Source: Rebecca billardiae RCC1528 (lineage: Eukaryota; Protista; Haptophyta). Taken from it: DNA of 64,000 nt. The stretch covers positions 2,480,001-2,544,000 of the forward strand of contig OZ251224.1 in the NCBI GenBank assembly GCA_965240325.2. The letters run 5' to 3'. Positions 10,562-20,784 of the stretch are shown here, in pieces. The first letter of the stretch is position 1; the number at the start of each line of letters is the position of its first letter. The notes beneath the pieces are model-generated. The model was not told the DNA's origin, searched no databases, and worked only from the letters and a program-made list of their open reading frames with translations. The position numbers and the translations under genes were made by a program.

Positions 10562-13468
10562 ATGCGCAAAGCGAAGGGGCCCGCCGGCGCGCCACGCGGC
10601 CTGGGCAGCGATGCCAAGCGCATGAAGCAGGCGACGCTGGCAGGATTCGGCAGGCCCGCGCCCGAGGCCTCGCGGGAGGTGCCGCCGCCGGCCGCCCCGC
10701 CTCCCGCCGTCGCGCCGCCGCTGCAGCCGAGCAACCGGCCATCGCCCTCTGCGCCCATCCAGCCGACGCCGACGCCTGGGCTCAACGCGGAGCAGCGCGC
10801 TGTGGTCGAGGCCGACGGCGGCCTCCTCGTCGTGCACGCCGGCCCCGGCTCTGGTAAGACACGCACGCTCGTCGCGCGAGTCGCACACCTCGTTTGCGAG
10901 CGCAAGCTGCCGCCGAGCTCTCTGGTCGTGCTCACCTTCTCGACGAAGGCGACCAAGGAGCTGCGCACGCGGCTGCAGGGCGCGCTCGACGCGCGCACGG
11001 CCGCCCAGCTCAACATCCACACCTTCCACAGCCTCTGCCGCCGGCTGCTCCTCAAGCACGCGCGCGAGGCGCACGAGTGCGCCGGCGTGCCGACTGGCTT
11101 TGGCATCGCGAGCGAGCGCGCGCAGGCGGAGGCGCGGGCGGAGGCGCTCGAGCGCACGGGGCACGCCGGGCGGCTCCGTGACGATGGCGCGCAGGCGCTC
11201 ATCGAGCACTGCCGCCACGCCGACGCCACGGCCGCCATCCTCTCGGCCGCGTCGCCGGGCTCGCGGGCGGCGCTTGCGAGCGCGCTCGCGGCGGCGAGTG
11301 GCGGCTCGGCGGCGGGCGGCGACGGCAGCGGCGGCGGCGTGCTGGCCGAGTGCGACATGTCGCCCGGCGAGATGCGCCGCGTGGTCGGCGCGTACACCGC
11401 GGCGCTCCGAGCGCGCGGGCTCCTCGACTTCGAGGACCTCGTGCTCTGCGCTACCTCGCTGCTGCGCTCGCCGCACGGCGCGGCCGCGCGCGCGCCCATC
11501 GAGCACGTTCTTCTCGACGAGTTCCAGGATACTTCCGCGCCGCAGTGCGCGCTCGCGGTGCTGCTGAGCGCGCGCACGCGGAATCTGACGGTGGTGGGCG
11601 ACCCGGACCAGGCGATCTACGGCTGGCGCTTCGCGTGCGTCGCGGGTGAAGCCGTCGTGCGCGCGCTCGCCCTGGACTGGGGCGCGGCGCCGGGCGCGTC
11701 CCAAGCGCTGGCGACGAGCGCGGGCCGCGCCCCCGCGGACGAGGGCAAGGGCGGCGGTGGCGGCGGTGGCGGCGCCACGCCCGCGGCGCCCGCGGAGCAG
11801 CGCGACGCCAGCGTGAGCGGCTGCGCCCGCGGCTCAGCCGGGGCGCGCACGCTGCGGCTCGCGACCAACTACCGCAGCACCTGGCCCATCGTCGCCGTGG
11901 CCAACGCCATCCTCGCCTCCGAAGGGCACGGCCTCGTCGCGCGCGACGCAAAGCGCTCGAGCGGAGGCCGCGAGGGCGCTCGTGTTCTGATCGTCGAGTG
12001 CGAGGGCGCCGCCGACGAGATCGACGCGCTCGTCGGCTTCCTGTCGGAGGCGAGCGAGGCCGGCGTCGCGCCGGCGGAGATGGCGGTGCTCACGCGCACG
12101 GGCCGGGACGTGCGCGCCCTCGCCGACGCCCTCGGCGCGCGCGGCTTTGCGGCCGGCGCCGGTCGGTCCGCCCTCGGCGGGCGAGCGGAGGCGCGCAGCG
12201 CGTGCGCACTGCTGATGGCAGCCGCGGCCGCGCGGCCGGAGCGCGGCGCGCTGAAGCGCGCGGTGCAGCTGTGCGCGGGCGTCGGCCCGTCGCTGGCCGA
12301 CACGATCGTCGACGCCGTACCCGCGCCGCACGACGACCCAACCTCCGCGCCCGGCGCGTGCGCCGACGGGGCGCTCTTCCGGCGCGCTCTCAAGAACGCC
12401 CCTCTCCGGCTGCCGGCCGGCGGCGGCGCCAAGGCCGTCACGACTCGGCGCGAGCTGAGCAGATTCGCGGCGGAGGTGGCGGCGCTGACCCAGCTGGCGC
12501 ACGGCGGCGCGCCGGTAGATCAGATGCTCAGCGCTGTGTACTCGGGCGCGCTGGGCGCGCTGCTCGTCTCAGGCGCGTCGGCGGCGGCGGCCAAGGCGGC
12601 GGAGGCGCCTGCGGCCGGCGACGCGGCCGGCGCCTCCGCCGCGGGCGCAGCCGAGGGCGAGGGCTCGAGCACGCGCAGCGCGCTCGTCGAGCTCGCGCGT
12701 GAGCAGGCCGGTGCGCTCTGCGAGGGCGACGATGCCGCGACGCAGGCGGACGCACGCGTGCGCGCCTTTGCCGAGGCCGTCGGCGTGTCCTTCACCTCCG
12801 AAGGCGGCGCCCCCGCGCCTCGGGTCGAGGGCGCGAGCGGCGCGCACGCGCCGGCCGCGCTCGGACCGGGCGAAGTCGCCCCGCAGCGCGTGGCGGGCGG
12901 CATCACGGTGATGACGATCCACCAGGCGAAGGGCCTGGAGTGGTCGGCCGTCGCCATCGCGGGCGTGGAGGATGGCACCATCCCGCACGCGCTCTCGGGC
13001 TGCACCCCGGCCGGGCGGGCCGAGGAGCGCCGCTTGCTGTACGTCGGAGCCACGCGCGCCAAGGCTCGGCTTGTGCTCACGCATACGGGCGCGCGCAGCC
13101 CGTTCCTGCGCAGCCTGCCGGCGGAGCACGTCGAGTATCGCGTCGTCCTCGAGCGCCCGAGCGTCGGTGCCGGAGGTCCGAGCCAAGTCCCCGGCCAGCA
13201 CCACGATGCGATGGCGCCCGGCGCGCCCGGCGCTGCGCACGGCCGCGCGCCATGCGGCGGCACGTCGCACTCGCAGGGCCCGGTTGTGCAGTTCAGCCGG
13301 CGCGCGGGCAAGGGGCCTCAGTCGGCGGCGGCGGCCGGCGCGCGCAGCTTCAATGGTGGCGGCTTTTCGGCAGCTGCGACTGGTGGCTTCTGCACCGCAG
13401 CGTCGATGCTCGCCAAAGGGCGGGCGCCTCTGGGTCAGGGTGCCGCTGACGGCGGCACGCGCCAGTGA
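10562..13468 (+). CDS. UvrD/REP family SF1 DNA helicase (Srs2-like)
   Basis: AGPGSGKT, LTFSTKA, TFHS, DFEDL, DEFQDTS, VGDPDQAIYGW, LATNYRST, MTIHQAKGLEW and EERRLLYVGATRAK occur in order in a single 968-aa ORF. Confidence 0.95.
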   Translation: MRKAKGPAGAPRGLGSDAKRMKQATLAGFGRPAPEASREVPPPAAPPPAVAPPLQPSNRPSPSAPIQPTPTPGLNAEQRAVVEADGGLLVVHAGPGSGKTRTLVARVAHLVCERKLPPSSLVVLTFSTKATKELRTRLQGALDARTAAQLNIHTFHSLCRRLLLKHAREAHECAGVPTGFGIASERAQAEARAEALERTGHAGRLRDDGAQALIEHCRHADATAAILSAASPGSRAALASALAAASGGSAAGGDGSGGGVLAECDMSPGEMRRVVGAYTAALRARGLLDFEDLVLCATSLLRSPHGAAARAPIEHVLLDEFQDTSAPQCALAVLLSARTRNLTVVGDPDQAIYGWRFACVAGEAVVRALALDWGAAPGASQALATSAGRAPADEGKGGGGGGGGATPAAPAEQRDASVSGCARGSAGARTLRLATNYRSTWPIVAVANAILASEGHGLVARDAKRSSGGREGARVLIVECEGAADEIDALVGFLSEASEAGVAPAEMAVLTRTGRDVRALADALGARGFAAGAGRSALGGRAEARSACALLMAAAAARPERGALKRAVQLCAGVGPSLADTIVDAVPAPHDDPTSAPGACADGALFRRALKNAPLRLPAGGGAKAVTTRRELSRFAAEVAALTQLAHGGAPVDQMLSAVYSGALGALLVSGASAAAAKAAEAPAAGDAAGASAAGAAEGEGSSTRSALVELAREQAGALCEGDDAATQADARVRAFAEAVGVSFTSEGGAPAPRVEGASGAHAPAALGPGEVAPQRVAGGITVMTIHQAKGLEWSAVAIAGVEDGTIPHALSGCTPAGRAEERRLLYVGATRAKARLVLTHTGARSPFLRSLPAEHVEYRVVLERPSVGAGGPSQVPGQHHDAMAPGAPGAAHGRAPCGGTSHSQGPVVQFSRRAGKGPQSAAAAGARSFNGGGFSAAATGGFCTAASMLAKGRAPLGQGAADGGTRQ

Positions 13469-13776
13469 TGACTACTGTACGTCTGACGCCTCTGAGAGTG
13501 CCCGCGCGCGCAGGCCGCAGCCCCATACCAGTACTGTCAGCAGGCGCCTGCATGTCTGATTTCGGCGGCCGATGTCGCGCGTATTTCCTAGACCTAATAA
13601 GTCAGAGTCTTATACGCGATGATCTTCTTATTAATATTACAATATAATCTATATTATAAAAATTATTCTTACGTCTACGACTCAGACGTTACGGTATTGT
13701 TACGACTCTCCTCGGATCGAGGCTTCGAGCGACGACTAGCTAGTAGCTACTCTGACGTTCACGTACTTGGCGGTGA

Positions 13777-15036
13777 CTACTTATTGGCATTATTCGCCGA
13801 TGAGTCGTCACGTCGCGGTTCGGCTTCCGCCGATGATTCACGCCACCACAGGGACGGCGGGGCCGGGGTCCACGTCTCGCGGGCGGTCCGAGTCGCGGGC
13901 CACGAGAGCCATTCGCGACAATTGCCACCTGTGCCAAGTCGGGGGCCATCGAGCCGTGCGGTCGTCAGAGCGCGCATCGCCACTGCCGCCGCGTGTGCGG
14001 GCAAACCAGGGCAGCCGTGGGCCATTGACCTATCGGCTATGCCGCTTGCGCAATCGGGCACGTGGCAACGGGTGCCGTTCCCGATCTTGGAGATGACAGT
14101 GTCAAACTTGATCGTCGCGCCATCCGGCTGGCTCGCTTTCAACCGGCCAAGGGTGCTGTTCCACAACTGGTGGCTGGGGAAGTTCGGCATCACGACCGTG
14201 GGCACGCCACGAGCCCTCAGCAGCTGGTAGAGCTCGTCCAACGCGTGATTCTTCTCCTCCTTAGGCGATCCCAGATCGACCCAGTAGGGGCTGGATTCGT
14301 TCAGCTGCTCGATCTTCCCAGTGCGGCGCGCGCGATGTCCAGCGAAGAATCGTGGCGGGTGAGGCAGAGCCAACAGCGCACCCGTAAAGTGTGCGCGGCT
14401 CAGCAGCGAGCCGAGACGCTGGCGCAGCGGTGGGGTGGACGGGAGGAACGGGTCTTGGAAGCACATGTGGTTGATGATGGCAAAGACGCTCGCACCGTTG
14501 GGCAGCACAAAGAAGTAGATGTGGCCATCCGGCCAATGCGGCGTGATCATGTCAGGATGGTGCTCAAGGCACGACGGCGTGCCGGGTGGCGCAGCTGCCG
14601 CCAGCGAGCGCCCAGTGACGCACGCCAGCTTGAAGCTGCTCTGCGTGTCACGCAGCGCCTGCGGCAGGCCGGTAGGCGGGAGCTGGATGTCGCAACCAGT
14701 ACCATTGTGGTAGGCGGCCCACGGTTCGGCGCTGACGTGGGGCGTGTACAGGGCGACCCCAGGCGCTTGGCAAGCGATCGCACGTACGAGAGCGCGCGTG
14801 TTGGACGTGCCAGTGATCATGATGCGAGAGTTCGCTGGCAGTGCAAAATCGCAGATGTTGGGAGATGGAAGAGCAGCGAGATGATTGGCATACCGTGGAC
14901 CAGCGCACTCGCCGGCGTGCAATGGGCATTCGAGCATGGCATGAGCGGTGTGGCAGCCGAACAAGGCGGCGCTGATGATGACGGCGCCGGCTCGTGACGA
15001 CACTTGCGCAACAGGTGCCCTCCTGCACGCGGGCAT
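13777..15036 (-). CDS. Putative secreted/membrane SGNH-fold (PC-esterase/TBL-like) acyl esterase or acyltransferase
   Basis: Long ORF of normal amino-acid complexity. Hydrophobic N-terminal segment; RIMITGTSNTR resembles the GDS block and DRSMAHGCPGLP resembles the DxxHxCxPG block. Family call is from motif resemblance only. Confidence 0.5.
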   Translation of the reverse strand: MPACRRAPVAQVSSRAGAVIISAALFGCHTAHAMLECPLHAGECAGPRYANHLAALPSPNICDFALPANSRIMITGTSNTRALVRAIACQAPGVALYTPHVSAEPWAAYHNGTGCDIQLPPTGLPQALRDTQSSFKLACVTGRSLAAAAPPGTPSCLEHHPDMITPHWPDGHIYFFVLPNGASVFAIINHMCFQDPFLPSTPPLRQRLGSLLSRAHFTGALLALPHPPRFFAGHRARRTGKIEQLNESSPYWVDLGSPKEEKNHALDELYQLLRARGVPTVVMPNFPSHQLWNSTLGRLKASQPDGATIKFDTVISKIGNGTRCHVPDCASGIADRSMAHGCPGLPAHAAAVAMRALTTARLDGPRLGTGGNCREWLSWPATRTARETWTPAPPSLWWRESSAEAEPRRDDSSANNANK

Positions 15037-15151
15037 GGCCAACCTGCCCTGCCGGGCCACACTCAGAGGTCCTGCAGCTGAGGGCGGCCATGCGCTTTCC
15101 TGCTGCCGCGCATTTCGGGAGACCCGGCCTGATGCACTGAATCACTGATCG

Positions 15152-15949
15152 ATGGTCGTGAGCCGAGTTCTCGCCTTCGCCGCCTCGCTGCTGACCGGCG
15201 CAGAAGGCGCCCGGTCGCTGCAGATGTCAGCCGTCTTCGATCGCGTGGCGGTCGACCGGGCCACACAGCGTATCACCATCGCCCACGACCCCGCTTCGGG
15301 CAGCGCTCCGACCGCTTCCGTCGTCGTCATGCACGGGCTGGGCGATTCATCGCAGGGATGGCTGGACGTGGCGGCTATGTGGGCCAAGGCATTCCCGAGC
15401 GCTCGGTTTGTGCTGCCCACTGCGCCCGTGCGCCCAATCACGTTGAATGGCGGGATGCGCATGACGGGCTGGTACGACATTGCGTCCCTGGACTCGGACC
15501 GGGCGGAGCAGACGTGCGACGGGATCGACGAGTCTCGCGCGATCATCGACGCGATCATCGACGAGGAGGCGCGCGCCGTCGGAGGCTCGTCGCGTGTCGT
15601 GCTCGCGGGTTTCTCGCAGGGCGGCGCGCTCGCCCTCTACACCGGCCTGCAGCGCGCCTCCGAGCCCATCGCAGGCGTGCTGTGCATGTCGGGCTACCTG
15701 CCCAAGGCGGAGGCGTGGGCTCCCGCCGGGCCCATGCGCGCCGCGCCCGTGCTCCTCTGCCACGGCGACTCGGACCCGCTCGTGCGGCCAGACTGGGCGG
15801 CCAAGTCAGCGGCTGCTCTGAAGGAGGCGCACGGCATGGCCTCGGTCGAGCTCAAAATGTACAAGGGCATGGAGCACTCGGCCTGCGAGGAGGAGATCCG
15901 TGACGCGGCGGCTTTCCTGGCCCGCGTGCTCGGCCTGTCGCCCTCGTAG
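15152..15949 (+). CDS. Acyl-protein thioesterase / phospholipase-carboxylesterase (APT1/LYPLA family)
   Basis: HGLGD, PTAPVRPITLNGGMRMTGWYDI, nucleophile motif GFSQGG, CHGDSDPLV and GMEHS complete the Ser-Asp-His triad. Confidence 0.93.
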   Translation: MVVSRVLAFAASLLTGAEGARSLQMSAVFDRVAVDRATQRITIAHDPASGSAPTASVVVMHGLGDSSQGWLDVAAMWAKAFPSARFVLPTAPVRPITLNGGMRMTGWYDIASLDSDRAEQTCDGIDESRAIIDAIIDEEARAVGGSSRVVLAGFSQGGALALYTGLQRASEPIAGVLCMSGYLPKAEAWAPAGPMRAAPVLLCHGDSDPLVRPDWAAKSAAALKEAHGMASVELKMYKGMEHSACEEEIRDAAAFLARVLGLSPS

Positions 15950-16254
15950 GGGTTCCGACGTGAGCAGCGGGTAACTGGGCGCGCCTCGTTGGCTCGTCAG
16001 TGCGGGTGCCTGCAGGGCGAGGCTGAGGGTGCGGGCACGGTGCCCAGGCGAAGGCCTCTGACAATATGCCGCGACGTCATCTTCGTTATCGTCCCTGCTC
16101 AATTGCGCTGCATGAGGCGCTGCGTGGCGGCGGTGGCCAGCTGGCACGGACAGACGCCAGACGGCGTGTCATTGTAGACGGTGTGACGGTGTCACGTTTA
16201 ACGCCAACGGACACGGTACGGCGGAGGCTCGTTGTATCATTGACGCGACGAGAC

Positions 16255-16378
<124 letters not shown>

Positions 16379-16614
16379 CGGCGGCCGCCGCCGCAATAAT
16401 ATTACTGACTTATTAATGACGAGCAGTGATGTCAGTCGTAGCCTTGATGTCCGAGTTGTCCGACGAAATGCCAATATAATAACCCGACTACTAGTCACAG
16501 GCTCTTCACAGTCACACCGTAGACATGGTGCCACGTGTGCTGACGACGCGAAGCGCCACCGGGATACTCCACCTGTAGTAGCGAGGCTCGCAGCTCATGT
16601 CACAAAAATGTGAG

Positions 16615-18142
16615 TCATGTCGGGCGTCGGGCAGCTGGCCCAACGCGCTTGCGCCGCTTGGCTCCCGAGTGCAGCCACGCGATGATGTGCCTGACGGGGC
16701 CGCGGTACGCGCGCAGCTGCTCGTAGAATGCGGGCAGCGACGACAACACGGCGAGGTGCATCTCGTCGTCAGCGCCGATGGCATGCACCTGCGCGTCGCG
16801 AGCGCGCAGCGCGCGTCGCGTGCGAGAGCGGTCAGCAGCGCGCGGTGGGCTGGTGCCAGCGCGCGCGCGGTGCGGGCGGATGGGCGCGCCACGCGCACGC
16901 GCGCGCACGCGCGCGCACCTTGCATGCGTGCGCGTGCAGCATCACGCCGTACCGCCGGTTGTCCTCGGTCTCGCACAACGCCTCGAAGGTGGGCACGACG
17001 ATCGGCTCGTCGTCGTCCGCCGCTGAGGGCGCCGCCTCGTCCGTGGCGCCGCCTGGCGCGTCGTCGAGCTCGGGCGGGCCGCCGACCCGCGGCAGCCTGA
17101 CGGCGATCGGCGGCTCGTCACAGCCGAGGAAGACGACGTCGAGCATGAGCAGCGCGGACGTGAGCGCGATCAGCCGCTCGCGCTCGGCCACGTCCACGTC
17201 GAGCACGCGCGGCGCGGAGTCGTGCGCGGCGGGCGCGCCGTCGCGCGGCTCGCGGCCGAGCTCCTCGCACCAGTCGGCGTGCACCGCGCGCTCGGCGAGC
17301 TCGGTGCGCTCGGCGGCGGCGACGATCTGCGTGACGAGCGGCGAGTGCAGCATGTCCGCGTGCCGACGCAGCTGGCGCAGCGCGTTCGTCACCATCGCCG
17401 CGAAGTTGTCTACGTTGTACAGCGGGCACGCGAAGCGCGCGGCCTCAAGTCTCGCCAGGACGGTCGCCTTGAGTGCCTCGAGTGGAGCGGACTCCTCGTT
17501 GAGGATCATCTGCAGGTGGAAGCGCATGGAGGAGAGGAGCAGCTGCTGCAGCCGCCACTGCAGCACGAGCTGCCGCTGCCGCGGCGCCGCGCTGCCGTTC
17601 GCGCCCGCGCGCCTGCCCGCGGCGCCGGCCTCGCCGCGCGGCGTGCCGCCGAGCAGTCTCGCAAACTCCTCGGCGTAAAAGCGCGCGACCGTTCGCATCG
17701 GCGTCGACACGTTCGTGCCGTCGTCCGAGGCCATCTGCTGCAGGGACTCGCAGAGCATGTGCACGCAGTCCTCGCACGCCGAGTCCTGCGCGCGAGGCGA
17801 GGCGCCGGCGCGGGCGCGCGCGCGGGCACGTGAGCGACGGTATGCGCGAGCGGCCGCAGCACGCGCGCCGGCCGCGTCGCTCCCGCGCGCGCGACGGCGC
17901 ACCTGCTGCATGAGGTTGATCAGCGGCTGCTGCCGCGCCTGGAGCTCCCACAGCGCGTCGATGAGCTGGTCCTGCGCGCGCTCCGAGCCCATCACAAACA
18001 TGTTCGGCGGCTGGACGGCCGAGAGGTCGTGCGTCGCGAACGTCACGCGGCGCTTCTTGCGCGGCCGCTGCGAGTCCTCACCATGCGCCGCGGCGTGCTG
18101 GGCGCTGTCGCTCGCGCTCGCCGCGGCGGCGCTCTCCGCCAT

Positions 18143-18183
<41 letters not shown>

Positions 18184-19447
18184 AGGCCGCGGCGGCGGAG
18201 ATGGCGGGCACGGGGGCCGCCGCGTCGTCGGCCGCCTCGGCCGGCGCTGCGTCCGCCGGCGCGCGCGCGACGCCATTCGTCAGCCCACGCCTCTCACCGT
18301 CCGCCGCCGCCTCGTGCGCAGCGCCGGGCGCGGCGCCGGCGCCGGCGGGCGCGTGCGCGCCATCGCCGTCGGTGGCCGGGTCGGCCTTGGCCGGCGCGGC
18401 GGCGGCGGCCGCTGCCGCCGCCGCGGCCGCCTCGGCGGCGGCGGCCACCGCCTCATCGCGCGCTCGCGCAGCTGCTGCCGCCGCCATCTCGAGCTCCGCG
18501 CTGCGCAGCCGCGACTGCTCTTGCTGTCGGTCCTCGTCGTACAGGCGCAGCTGCGCGACCATCACGTCGACGCGCGCGACTTGCTCGAGCACGCGCATGA
18601 GGCACGGGCGCAGGTGCGCGATCAGCGGGTGCACGGCCACGCGTGAGTCGCGCGGCGCGCCGTGCACCGGCTTGGGAAGCCCGTCGCGCGCGGCGAGCTG
18701 CTCTGAGGTCCAGTCGAGAGAGACGGTGCTGGCGAGCTCGAGGAGCGCGGGCAGCGTCGAGATGGTCTGGTCGGCGCGCGGCTGCGCGACGACGCTGGCT
18801 GGGCCGGGCGTGCCCGGCGTGCCCGGCGCGCCGGGCGCGTTGAGCGGCGCGGCGATGGGCACGGCCACGGGGCTCGGGCCGGGCGGCAGCGCGAGCGGCG
18901 GCGCGGCCTGCGACGCCAGCCTCGGCGACGGCGTCGCGAGCACGCGCTCGGCCCCGGCGGCGCCGCCGCGCGCTTCGTTCGCCTCCAAGGCGAGCACGCG
19001 ACGCAGCAGCGCGCCTTTCTCCAGCCGTTCGCGCTCGAGCTCCGCGCTCAGTGCCGCCACGCGCTCCGTCGCGCTGTGCAGCATTCGCTGCAGCTCGTCC
19101 ACGCGCGCCGCGAGGCCGTGCACCTCCGCGCTGCCGTCTGCGGCGGCGAGCGCGGCGGCATCTGGCGCGGCGGCGGCGCTGGTTGGCCGATGCGCGGACG
19201 GCGCGCCCGCTGGCTCGGATAGCGCCTGCTCCAGAAGCGCGCCTGCGGCGAGCGCGACGTCCTCGTTCTCGTTGCGCGCAGCAGCGAGCGCGTCCCCGTT
19301 GAGGCCGTCGGTGCCTGCGGCCATGGCGTCGACGTGGCTCACGAATCCGCTCTGCCGCCGCTTCCGCATCGGCTTGCGGTGCGGCGCGTCCGCCTCGCCG
19401 TTCCCATTGGCGAGGTCGGCGTCCGCGTCCGCAAGGTCGGGCTTCAT
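16615..19447 (-). CDS. Unknown coiled-coil, Ala-rich protein (3 exons; introns 17786-17902 and 16789-16918)
   Basis: 871-aa ORF with heptad-like segments, RPRKKRRVTF and a globular-looking C-terminal region. Arg/Ala-rich inserts are bounded by GTGCG...CAG. The last exon VHAIGADDEM... ends at 16615. Confidence 0.7.
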
Positions 19448-19900
19448 CGCGCCTCCGCTTCAGCGCCACCGGCGCTGGATGCCTGCATCCAAAGCACCGG
19501 GCGTGCAGCGCTGCGAGCGCGCGCGCTCTACGCTCGCGTTGAGCGCGCCCAGTTGCGGGGCGAGCTTGGATGCGGGGCAGTGAGAACGGACGCGGCTGGA
19601 CCAGTCATTTGCCGGCATTCCCCGATCGGCGGAGATCCGCAAAGGCCTAGTATCTGGCCATCACATTGTGCAAATCATGCATGTCGTTCTCTCCCAAGCT
19701 GAAAGCATGCAGCACGCCAAGTTGGCCTGTCTACCCGCATGCGTTCCGGTGCGACGGAACCGGGTCAACGACTTTTGCTGTGTCCATCGTCCCGACCGCG
19801 GAGGGTCGCCCCGTTGGCGCGTTTGGAGGCCGGGTGGACCGCGTCCAGAACGGGCATAGACCTGCCCAGTGAGCGCGCGGCACCACAGGCGCCGAGCAGC

Positions 19901-20688
19901 ATGCCGTCAACCGCCGACGGCGAGGGCGTCGTGCGTGTGGCTGGCCTGTCCATCCCAACCTGCGCGTACCTGTGCGCCGTGGAGCCTGGGCACGCGCCGG
20001 CGATCGACACGGCGGCGGCGTGGCCGCCGGCGGAGTGGCCCGCGCAGTTCGACCCGGACCTCTGCCTCTGCCAGCGCACGCCCACCGCCAACCAGGGCCA
20101 CAAGTACTGGTGCGCGGGCTGTCGGCTCTGGCTGCACGCGTCGTGCGCCGGGCGGAAGGGCGACGAGATCAAGCGCGCGATCCAGCAGAAGCGCGAGTGG
20201 ACGTGCATCCGCTGCGCGGCTGCGCGGTACGCGGCCATACGCCGCGCTGCCGCCCGCGCCCCCTCCGCCGCCGCGCACGCGGACCAGGCGGAGTCTCGCA
20301 AGCGCGCGCGGCTTCCGACGACGGCCGAGCGCGCGAGCGCGAAGGCCCCAGCGCAGAAGAAGAAGCGCGTGCGCGTGCGCGGGCCGGACAAGCGGCGCAG
20401 CCACCACCGAGCCCCTCCGAGCGCGCAGCCTGGCGCCGGCTCCGCCGCCGCGCCGCCGCTCACGGCGAACGGGCACGCGAGCGAAGGCGCGCGCGCGCCG
20501 CGGCCGCACGCTCGCGCGCCACCGGAGGCTGAGCCCCACCCGGCGACGGACGCCGCGCTGCTCGACGCGTCGCGCACGCGCGAGCACCGGCTGCTGCTCG
20601 TGCTCCAGCGCAACCACACGGCCGAGGGCGCACCCGCGCTCGCGCCCGGCGCGCCCGTCGGCGCGTCCGACGGCGCGTCCAGAGCGGT

Positions 20689-20784
<96 letters not shown>

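Noticed and set aside
10414-13311. Long antisense and alternative-frame ORFs over the helicase (likewise over other genes)
   Set aside because: Shadow ORFs caused by stop-codon depletion at very high GC.
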